64,000 nt of DNA from Bugula neritina (Eukaryota; Animalia; Bryozoa), in assembly GCA_964035545.1 (NCBI GenBank), contig OZ037769.1, forward strand, positions 1 to 64,000, written 5' to 3'. The notes below the pieces were generated by a model, which saw only the letters and a program-made list of their open reading frames with translations, ran no database searches and was not told where the DNA came from. Below, piece by piece: positions 1 to 11,630 of the stretch (its first letter is position 1; each line of letters opens with the position of its first letter). The position numbers and the translations under genes were made by a program.

Positions 1-3000
1 CCCCAAACCCCAAACCCCAAACCCCAAACCCCAAACCCCAAACCCCAAACCCCAACCCAAACCCCCAAACCCCAAACCCCAAACCCCAAACCCCAAACCC
101 CAAACCCCAACCCCCAAACCCAAACCCCAAACCCCAAACCCCAAACCCCAAACCCCAAACCCCAAACCCCAAACCCCAAACCCCAACCCCAAAACCCCAA
201 ACCCCAAACCCCAAACCCCAAACCCCAAACCCCACCCCAAACCCCAAACCCCAAACCCCAAACCCCAAACCCCAAACCCAAACCCCAAACCCCAAACCCC
301 AAACCCCAAACCCCAAACCCCAAACCCCAAACCCCAACCCCAAACCCAAAACCCAAACCCCAAACCCACCAAACCCCAAACCCCAACCCCAAAACCCAAA
401 CCCCAAACCCCAAACCCCAAACCCAAACCCCAAACCCCAAACCCAACCCCAACCCCAAACCCCAACCCCCCAAACCCAAACCCCAAACCCCAAACCCAAC
501 CCCAACCCCAAACCCAAACCCCAAACCCCAAACCCCAAACCCAAAACCCCAAACCCCAAACCCCAAACCCCAAACCCCAAACCCCAAACCCCAAACCCCA
601 AACCCCAAACCCCAAACCCCAAACCCCAACCCCCAAACCCCAAACCCCAAACCCCAACCCCAAACCCCAAACCCCAAACCCCAAACCCCAAACCCCAAAC
701 CCAACCCCAAACCCCAAACCCCAACCCCAACCCCAAACCCCAAACCCCAACCACCCATACCCCCCAAACCCCCAAACCCCAAACCCCCCCCAAACCCCAA
801 CCCCAAACCCCAACCCCAAACCCCAAACCCCAAACCCCAACCCAAACCCCAAACCCAAACCCCAAACCCCAAACCCCAAACCCCAAACCCCAAACCCCAA
901 ACCCCAAACCCCAAACCCCAAACCCCAAACCCAAACCCCAAACCCAAACCCCAAACCCCAAACCCCAAACCCCAAAACCCCAAACCCCAAACCCCAAACC
1001 AACCCAAACCCCAAACCCCAAACCCCAAACCCCAAACCCCAAACCCCAAACCCCAAACCCCAAACCCCAAACCCCAAACCCCAAACCCCAAACCCCAAAC
1101 CCCAAACCCCAAACCCACCCAAACCCCAAACCCCAAACCCAAACCCAAACCCACCCAAACCCCAAACCCAACCCCAAACCCAACCCCAAACCCCAAACCC
1201 CAAACCCCAAACCCCAAACCCCAAACCCCAAACCCCAAACCCCAAACCCAAACCCCAAACCCCAACCCCAAACCCCAAACCCCAAACCCCAAACCCCAAA
1301 CCCCAAACCCCAAACCCCAAACCCCAAACCCAAACCCCAAACCCCAAACCCCAAACCCAAACCCCAAACCCCAAACCCCAAACCCCAAACCCCAAACCCC
1401 AAACCCCAACCCCAAACCCCAAACCCCAAACCCAAACCCCAAACCCCAAACCCCAAACCCAAACCCCAACCCCAAACCCAAACCCCAAACCCAACCCCAA
1501 ACCCCAAACCCCAAACCCCAAACCCCAAACCCCAAACCCCAAACCCCAAACCCAACCCCAAACCCCAAACCCCAAACCCCAAACCCCACCCCAAACCCCA
1601 AACCCAAACCCCAAACCCCAAACCCCAAACCCCAAACCCCAAACCCCAACCCAAACCCCAAACCCCAAACCCCAAACCCCAAACCCAAACCCCAAACCCC
1701 AAACCCCAAACCCCAAACCCCAAACCCCAAACCCCAAACCCAACCCAAACCCAAACCCCAAACCCCAAACCCAAACCCCAAACCCCAAACCCCAAACCCC
1801 AAACCCCAAACCCCAAACCCCAAACCCCAAACCCCAACCCCAAACCCCAACCCCAAACCCCAAACCCCAAACCCCAAACCCCAAACCCCAAACCCCAAAC
1901 CCCAAACCCCAAACCCCAAACCCCAAACCCCAAACCCCAAACCCCAAACCCCAAACCCCAAACCCCAAACCCCAAACCCCAAACCCCAAACCCCAAACCC
2001 CAAACCCCAAACCCCAAACCCCAAACCCCAAACCCCAAACCCCAAACCCCAAACCCCAAACCCCAAACCCCAAACCCCAAACCCAAACCCCAAACCCCAA
2101 ACCCCAAACCCCAAACCCAAACCCCAAACCCCAAACCCCAAACCCCAAACCCCAAACCCCAAACCCCAAACCCCAAACCCAAACCCAAACCCCAAACCCC
2201 AAACCCCAAACCCCAAACCCCAAACCCCAAACCCCAAACCCCAAACCCCAAACCCCAAACCCCAAACCCCAAACCCCAAACCCCAAACCCCAAACCCCAA
2301 ACCCCAAACCCCAAACCCCAAACCCCAAACCCCAAACCCCAAACCCCAACCCCAAACCCCAAACCCCAAACCCCAAACCCCAAACCCCAAACCCCAAACC
2401 CCAAACCCCAAACCCCAAACCCCAAACCCCAAACCCCAAACCCCAAACCCCAAACCCCAAACCCCAAACCCCAACCCCAAACCCCAAACCCCAAACCCCA
2501 AACCCCAAACCCAAACCCAAACCCCAAACCCCAAACCCCAAACCCCAAACCCCAAACCCCAAACCCCAAACCCCAAACCCCAAACCCCAAACCCCAAACC
2601 CCAAACCCCAAACCCCAAACCCCAAACCCCAAACCCCAAACCCCAAACCCCAAACCCCAAACCCCAAACCCCAAACCCCAAACCCCAACCCCAAACCCCA
2701 AACCCCAAACCCCAAACCCCAAACCCCAAACCCCAAACCCCAAACCCCAAACCCCAAACCCCAAACCCCAAACCCCAAACCCCAAACCCCAAACCCCAAA
2801 CCCCAAACCCCAAACCCCAAACCCCAAACCCCAAACCCCAAACCCCAAACCCCAAACCCCAAACCCCAAACCCCAAACCCCAAACCCCAAACCCCAAACC
2901 CCAAACCCCAAACCCCAAACCCCAAACCCCAAACCCCAAACCCCAAACCCCAAACCCCAAACCCCAAACCCCAAACCCCAAACCCCAAACCCCAAACCCC

Positions 3001-6000
3001 AAACCCCAAACCCCAAACCCCAAACCCCAAACCCCAAACCCCAAACCCCAAACCCCAAACCCCAAACCCCAAACCCCAAACCCCAAACCCCAAACCCCAA
3101 ACCCCAAACCCCAAACCCCAAACCCCAAACCCCAAACCCCAAACCCCAAACCCCAAACCCCAAACCCCAAACCCCAAACCCCAAACCCCAAACCCCAAAC
3201 CCCAAACCCCAAACCCCAAACCCCAAACCCCAAACCCCAAACCCCAAACCCCAAACCCCAAACCCCAAACCCCAAACCCCAAACCCCAAACCCCAAACCC
3301 CAAACCCCAAACCCCAAACCCCAAACCCCAAACCCCAAACCCCAAACCCCAAACCCCAAACCCCAAACCCCAAACCCCAAACCCCAAACCCCAAACCCCA
3401 AACCCCAAACCCCAAACCCCAAACCCCAAACCCCAAACCCCAAACCCCAAACCCCAAACCCCAAACCCCAAACCCCAAACCCCAAACCCCAAACCCCAAA
3501 CCCCAAACCCCAAACCCCAAACCCCAAACCCCAAACCCCAAACCCCAAACCCCAAACCCCAAACCCCAAACCCCAAACCCCAAACCCCAAACCCCAAACC
3601 CCAAACCCCAAACCCCAAACCCCAAACCCCAAACCCCAAACCCCAAACCCCAAACCCCAAACCCCAAACCCCAAACCCCAAACCCCAAACCCCAAACCCC
3701 AAACCCCAAACCCCAAACCCCAAACCCCAAACCCCAAACCCCAAACCCCAAACCCCAAACCCCAAACCCCAAACCCCAAACCCCAAACCCCAAACCCCAA
3801 ACCCCAAACCCCAAACCCCAAACCCCAAACCCCAAACCCCAAACCCCAAACCCCAAACCCCAAACCCCAAACCCCAAACCCCAAACCCCAAACCCCAAAC
3901 CCCAAACCCCAAACCCCAAACCCCAAACCCCAAACCCCAAACCCCAAACCCCAAACCCCAAACCCCAAACCCCAAACCCCAAACCCCAAACCCCAAACCC
4001 CAAACCCCAAACCCCAAACCCCAAACCCCAAACCCCAAACCCCAAACCCCAAACCCCAAACCCCAAACCCCAAACCCCAAACCCCAAACCCCAAACCCCA
4101 AACCCCAAACCCCAAACCCCAAACCCCAAACCCCAAACCCCAAACCCCAAACCCCAAACCCCAAACCCCAAACCCCAAACCCCAAACCCCAAACCCCAAA
4201 CCCCAAACCCCAAACCCCAAACCCCAAACCCCAAACCCCAAACCCCAAACCCCAAACCCCAAACCCCAAACCCCAAACCCCAAACCCCAAACCCCAAACC
4301 CCAAACCCCAAACCCCAAACCCCAAACCCCAAACCCCAAACCCCAAACCCCAAACCCCAAACCCCAAACCCCAAACCCCAAACCCCAAACCCCAAACCCC
4401 AAACCCCAAACCCCAAACCCCAAACCCCAAACCCCAAACCCCAAACCCCAAACCCCAAACCCCAAACCCCAAACCCCAAACCCCAAACCCCAAACCCCAA
4501 ACCCCAAACCCCAAACCCCAAACCCCAAACCCCAAACCCCAAACCCCAAACCCCAAACCCCAAACCCCAAACCCCAAACCCCAAACCCCAAACCCCAAAC
4601 CCCAAACCCCAAACCCCAAACCCCAAACCCCAAACCCCAAACCCCAAACCCCAAACCCCAAACCCCAAACCCCAAACCCCAAACCCCAAACCCCAAACCC
4701 CAAACCCCAAACCCCAAACCCCAAACCCCAAACCCCAAACCCCAAACCCCAAACCCCAAACCCCAAACCCCAAACCCCAAACCCCAAACCCCAAACCCCA
4801 AACCCCAAACCCCAAACCCCAAACCCCAAACCCCAAACCCCAAACCCCAAACCCCAAACCCCAAACCCCAAACCCCAAACCCCAAACCCCAAACCCCAAA
4901 CCCCAAACCCCAAACCCCAAACCCCAAACCCCAAACCCCAAACCCCAAACCCCAAACCCCAAACCCCAAACCCCAAACCCCAAACCCCAAACCCCAAACC
5001 CCAAACCCCAAACCCCAAACCCCAAACCCCAAACCCCAAACCCCAAACCCCAAACCCCAAACCCCAAACCCCAAACCCCAAACCCCAAACCCCAAACCCC
5101 AAACCCCAAACCCCAAACCCCAAACCCCAAACCCCAAACCCCAAACCCCAAACCCCAAACCCCAAACCCCAAACCCCAAACCCCAAACCCCAAACCCCAA
5201 ACCCCAAACCCCAAACCCCAAACCCCAAACCCCAAACCCCAAACCCCAAACCCCAAACCCCAAACCCCAAACCCCAAACCCCAAACCCCAAACCCCAAAC
5301 CCCAAACCCCAAACCCCAAACCCCAAACCCCAAACCCCAAACCCCAAACCCCAAACCCCAAACCCCAAACCCCAAACCCCAAACCCCAAACCCCAAACCC
5401 CAAACCCCAAACCCCAAACCCCAAACCCCAAACCCCAAACCCCAAACCCCAAACCCCAAACCCCAAACCCCAAACCCCAAACCCCAAACCCCAAACCCCA
5501 AACCCCAAACCCCAAACCCCAAACCCCAAACCCCAAACCCCAAACCCCAAACCCCAAACCCCAAACCCCAAACCCCAAACCCCAAACCCCAAACCCCAAA
5601 CCCCAAACCCCAAACCCCAAACCCCAAACCCCAAACCCCAAACCCCAAACCCCAAACCCCAAACCCCAAACCCCAAACCCCAAACCCCAAACCCCAAACC
5701 CCAAACCCCAAACCCCAAACCCCAAACCCCAAACCCCAAACCCCAAACCCCAAACCCCAAACCCCAAACCCCAAACCCCAAACCCCAAACCCCAAACCCC
5801 AAACCCCAAACCCCAAACCCCAAACCCCAAACCCCAAACCCCAAACCCCAAACCCCAAACCCCAAACCCCAAACCCCAAACCCCAAACCCCAAACCCCAA
5901 ACCCCAAACCCCAAACCCCAAACCCCAAACCCCAAACCCCAAACCCCAAACCCCAAACCCCAAACCCCAAACCCCAAACCCCAAACCCCAAACCCCAAAC

Positions 6001-9000
6001 CCCAAACCCCAAACCCCAAACCCCAAACCCCAAACCCCAAACCCCAAACCCCAAACCCCAAACCCCAAACCCCAAACCCCAAACCCCAAACCCCAAACCC
6101 CAAACCCCAAACCCCAAACCCCAAACCCCAAACCCCAAACCCCAAACCCCAAACCCCAAACCCCAAACCCCAAACCCCAAACCCCAAACCCCAAACCCCA
6201 AACCCCAAACCCCAAACCCCAAACCCCAAACCCCAAACCCCAAACCCCAAACCCCAAACCCCAAACCCCAAACCCCAAACCCCAAACCCCAAACCCCAAA
6301 CCCCAAACCCCAAACCCCAAACCCCAAACCCCAAACCCCAAACCCCAAACCCCAAACCCCAAACCCCAAACCCCAAACCCCAAACCCCAAACCCCAAACC
6401 CCAAACCCCAAACCCCAAACCCCAAACCCCAAACCCCAAACCCCAAACCCCAAACCCCAAACCCCAAACCCCAAACCCCAAACCCCAAACCCCAAACCCC
6501 AAACCCCAAACCCCAAACCCCAAACCCCAAACCCCAAACCCCAAACCCCAAACCCCAAACCCCAAACCCCAAACCCCAAACCCCAAACCCCAAACCCCAA
6601 ACCCCAAACCCCAAACCCCAAACCCCAAACCCCAAACCCCAAACCCCAAACCCCAAACCCCAAACCCCAAACCCCAAACCCCAAACCCCAAACCCCAAAC
6701 CCCAAACCCCAAACCCCAAACCCCAAACCCCAAACCCCAAACCCCAAACCCCAAACCCCAAACCCCAAACCCCAAACCCCAAACCCCAAACCCCAAACCC
6801 CAAACCCCAAACCCCAAACCCCAAACCCCAAACCCCAAACCCCAAACCCCAAACCCCAAACCCCAAACCCCAAACCCCAAACCCCAAACCCCAAACCCCA
6901 AACCCCAAACCCCAAACCCCAAACCCCAAACCCCAAACCCCAAACCCCAAACCCCAAACCCCAAACCCCAAACCCCAAACCCCAAACCCCAAACCCCAAA
7001 CCCCAAACCCCAAACCCCAAACCCCAAACCCCAAACCCCAAACCCCAAACCCCAAACCCCAAACCCCAAACCCCAAACCCCAAACCCCAAACCCCAAACC
7101 CCAAACCCCAAACCCCAAACCCCAAACCCCAAACCCCAAACCCCAAACCCCAAACCCCAAACCCCAAACCCCAAACCCCAAACCCCAAACCCCAAACCCC
7201 AAACCCCAAACCCCAAACCCCAAACCCCAAACCCCAAACCCCAAACCCCAAACCCCAAACCCCAAACCCCAAACCCCAAACCCCAAACCCCAAACCCCAA
7301 ACCCCAAACCCCAAACCCCAAACCCCAAACCCCAAACCCCAAACCCCAAACCCCAAACCCCAAACCCCAAACCCCAAACCCCAAACCCCAAACCCCAAAC
7401 CCCAAACCCCAAACCCCAAACCCCAAACCCCAAACCCCAAACCCCAAACCCCAAACCCCAAACCCCAAACCCCAAACCCCAAACCCCAAACCCCAAACCC
7501 CAAACCCCAAACCCCAAACCCCAAACCCCAAACCCCAAACCCCAAACCCCAAACCCCAAACCCCAAACCCCAAACCCCAAACCCCAAACCCCAAACCCCA
7601 AACCCCAAACCCCAAACCCCAAACCCCAAACCCCAAACCCCAAACCCCAAACCCCAAACCCCAAACCCCAAACCCCAAACCCCAAACCCCAAACCCCAAA
7701 CCCCAAACCCCAAACCCCAAACCCCAAACCCCAAACCCCAAACCCCAAACCCCAAACCCCAAACCCCAAACCCCAAACCCCAAACCCCAAACCCCAAACC
7801 CCAAACCCCAAACCCCAAACCCCAAACCCCAAACCCCAAACCCCAAACCCCAAACCCCAAACCCCAAACCCCAAACCCCAAACCCCAAACCCCAAACCCC
7901 AAACCCCAAACCCCAAACCCCAAACCCCAAACCCCAAACCCCAAACCCCAAACCCCAAACCCCAAACCCCAAACCCCAAACCCCAAACCCCAAACCCCAA
8001 ACCCCAAACCCCAAACCCCAAACCCCAAACCCCAAACCCCAAACCCCAAACCCCAAACCCCAAACCCCAAACCCCAAACCCCAAACCCCAAACCCCAAAC
8101 CCCAAACCCCAAACCCCAAACCCCAAACCCCAAACCCCAAACCCCAAACCCCAAACCCCAAACCCCAAACCCCAAACCCCAAACCCCAAACCCCAAACCC
8201 CAAACCCCAAACCCCAAACCCCAAACCCCAAACCCCAAACCCCAAACCCCAAACCCCAAACCCCAAACCCCAAACCCCAAACCCCAAACCCCAAACCCCA
8301 AACCCCAAACCCCAAACCCCAAACCCCAAACCCCAAACCCCAAACCCCAAACCCCAAACCCCAAACCCCAAACCCCAAACCCCAAACCCCAAACCCCAAA
8401 CCCCAAACCCCAAACCCCAAACCCCAAACCCCAAACCCCAAACCCCAAACCCCAAACCCCAAACCCCAAACCCCAAACCCCAAACCCCAAACCCCAAACC
8501 CCAAACCCCAAACCCCAAACCCCAAACCCCAAACCCCAAACCCCAAACCCCAAACCCCAAACCCCAAACCCCAAACCCCAAACCCCAAACCCCAAACCCC
8601 AAACCCCAAACCCCAAACCCCAAACCCCAAACCCCAAACCCCAAACCCCAAACCCCAAACCCCAAACCCCAAACCCCAAACCCCAAACCCCAAACCCCAA
8701 ACCCCAAACCCCAAACCCCAAACCCCAAACCCCAAACCCCAAACCCCAAACCCCAAACCCCAAACCCCAAACCCCAAACCCCAAACCCCAAACCCCAAAC
8801 CCCAAACCCCAAACCCCAAACCCCAAACCCCAAACCCCAAACCCCAAACCCCAAACCCCAAACCCCAAACCCCAAACCCCAAACCCCAAACCCCAAACCC
8901 CAAACCCCAAACCCCAAACCCCAAACCCCAAACCCCAAACCCCAAACCCCAAACCCCAAACCCCAAACCCCAAACCCCAAACCCCAAACCCCAAACCCCA

Positions 9001-10352
9001 AACCCCAAACCCCAAACCCCAAACCCCAAACCCCAAACCCCAAACCCCAAACCCCAAACCCCAAACCCCAAACCCCAAACCCCAAACCCCAAACCCCAAA
9101 CCCCAAACCCCAAACCCCAAACCCCAAACCCCAAACCCCAAACCCCAAACCCCAAACCCCAAACCCCAAACCCCAAACCCCAAACCCCAAACCCCAAACC
9201 CCAAACCCCAAACCCCAAACCCCAAACCCCAAACCCCAAACCCCAAACCCCAAACCCCAAACCCCAAACCCCAAACCCCAAACCCCAAACCCCAAACCCC
9301 AAACCCCAAACCCCAAACCCCAAACCCCAAACCCCAAACCCCAAACCCCAAACCCCAAACCCCAAACCCCAAACCCCAAACCCCAAACCCCAAACCCCAA
9401 ACCCCAAACCCCAAACCCCAAACCCCAAACCCCAAACCCCAAACCCCAAACCCCAAACCCCAAACCCCAAACCCCAAACCCCAAACCCCAAACCCCAAAC
9501 CCCAAACCCCAAACCCCAAACCCCAAACCCCAAACCCCAAACCCCAAACCCCAAACCCCAAACCCCAAACCCCAAACCCCAAACCCCAAACCCCAAACCC
9601 CAAACCCCAAACCCCAAACCCCAAACCCCAAACCCCAAACCCCAAACCCCAAACCCCAAACCCCAAACCCCAAACCCCAAACCCCAAACCCCAAACCCCA
9701 AACCCCAAACCCCAAACCCCAAACCCCAAACCCCAAACCCCAAACCCCAAACCCCAAACCCCAAACCCCAAACCCCAAACCCCAAACCCCAAACCCCAAA
9801 CCCCAAACCCCAAACCCCAAACCCCAAACCCCAAACCCCAAACCCCAAACCCCAAACCCCAAACCCCAAACCCCAAACCCCAAACCCCAAACCCCAAACC
9901 CCAAACCCCAAACCCCAAACCCCAAACCCCAAACCCCAAACCCCAAACCCCAAACCCCAAACCCCAAACCCCAAACCCCAAACCCCAAACCCCAAACCCC
10001 AAACCCCAAACCCCAAACCCCAAACCCCAAACCCCAAACCCCAAACCCCAAACCCCAAACCCCAAACCCCAAACCCCAAACCCCAAACCCCAAACCCCAA
10101 ACCCCAAACCCCAAACCCCAAACCCCAAACCCCAAACCCCAAACCCCAAACCCCAAACCCCAAACCCCAAACCCCAAACCCCAAACCCCAAACCCCAAAC
10201 CCCAAACCCCAAACCCCAAACCCCAAACCCAAACCCCAAACCCCAAACCCCAAACCCCAAACCCCAAACCCCAAACCCCAAACCCCAAACCCCAAACCCC
10301 AAACCCCAAACCCCAAACCCCAAACCCCAAACCCCAAACCCCAAACCCCAAA
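1..10352 (+). repeat. Telomeric tract (CCCCAAA)n / (TTTGGGG)n, ~1480 units, left chromosome end
   Basis: A 7-mer tandem repeat runs from base 1 with the C-rich strand at the 5' end. It is nearly perfect from ~2700 to 10352 and carries single-base indels distally. It ends abruptly at ...CCCCAAA|ACGCAAGT. Confidence 0.97.
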
Positions 10353-10979
10353 ACGCAAGTCTCATAATTTTTGAACCTCACAAACCACAAGTTTTTTTAT
10401 TCATACAATTAGCAAAGCGGCCAAACACACTCAACTATCAATTGTTTATGACTTTGGAACTTATAGATTAACTCAGTGGAACTATACTCCAATGTTGTCT
10501 TCTTTTCGCTAGTTATTTCCGACTCTTCGCTATACTGAACTCACTTAGCACCTATAAGCCTACATTTTTAGAGTATGCCGAACTCGTGATCAGATACATA
10601 ATGGTCAGTAGTTTATTTAGCATATTTCCTTGAAGTTAACATACCAACCACATAACCTTCCATTGGTGGTTTTGTACCCAACTTCACGTCTTTATCATTT
10701 CTTACAGTCACTCTTCAGCATAACAGAGTTATCCTCATTTTAAATTGAATGAAACTTGTTCTATTTTAAACTATATTGGCCTCATGATTTATATACTTTT
10801 TTCCTTTTTAAGGCTATGGTTTTTAACCTTTTGCTTCACCCATCCTCTTCCGTTGCTGATCAACAAATTATCTTAATATATACACTTAATCTATAGCTCG
10901 CACTCTCTTGAGTCTGTTGTCATTTTTTATTATTTGTTCAACCAATAGATAGCTGTCATTTACAGTCCATGGATTTTAA

Positions 10980-11080
10980 AGCCGTGCGCGGCCAGTCATG
11001 CGTCACGATACATGACGTAACAAGCGCGTGTTCAATCGTGGTTCTAATTGGATTGCCATTCATCATTCACTAGGCTGAAC
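10980..11080 (+). promoter_or_regulatory. CpG-rich promoter-like patch next to the telomere
   Basis: A local CpG cluster sits in AT-rich DNA, with TGCGTCA, a CRE-like TGACGTAA, ATTGG and an initiator/YY1-like GCCATTCATCAT (11055-11066). The last motif recurs on the minus strand at 49264-49275. Confidence 0.4.
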
Positions 11081-11219
11081 CTACATTGATGTCTTCTGCA
11101 AGTTCTGTTCTGAGAATCGTTAACCCTGTCGCGGTGATATGTTTGTATTAACTGCTAATTCAATTAAATTTCAAGCCGCGGCTCCTTGCATTTAATTTTA
11201 ATCGTTTTCATTTTATGTT

Positions 11220-11630
11220 AAACTTCATCATTAAGATTATGTTAGTAATGGTAACACTAAGGCTAATGAACTTGAGTAATGCCAATAGACTATAGACTAT
11301 AGAGTAATACTAGCTCACTTGACTATTGTTAGTAGTTTTCGTAGCTTATTAGTATTACTATTACTAACACAAATACTTGCACTAACAGTAGTTCTAGTAG
11401 TAAGAGTAATATTAATAGTTATAGTATTAGTTGTCATTTTTGTTTTTATTATCAGAATGAATATCAATATGATATTGATAACCACAGGTAACAAAAGTCG
11501 ATGATGATTATAATCATAATGTCAACTATTATTATAATAATTATAATCATAACTGCAATGCCTAATGATTATGATAATATTTTAAATTATCATTATGATA
11601 TTGATTATAGTTATTATTCTCATTTTCATT
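11220..11630. repeat. Degenerate trinucleotide/hexanucleotide low-complexity region (TAG/ATT/ATC-rich)
   Basis: Runs such as gactatagactatag, tagtattactattactaac and attataataattataatcat. They give the poly-I/V ORFs at 11319 and 11501. Confidence 0.6.

Noticed and set aside
1-2700. Variant telomere units (CCCAAA, CCCCAA) in the distal tract
   Set aside because: They are mostly homopolymer indels that increase toward the contig end, as expected from low-coverage read error rather than true variants.
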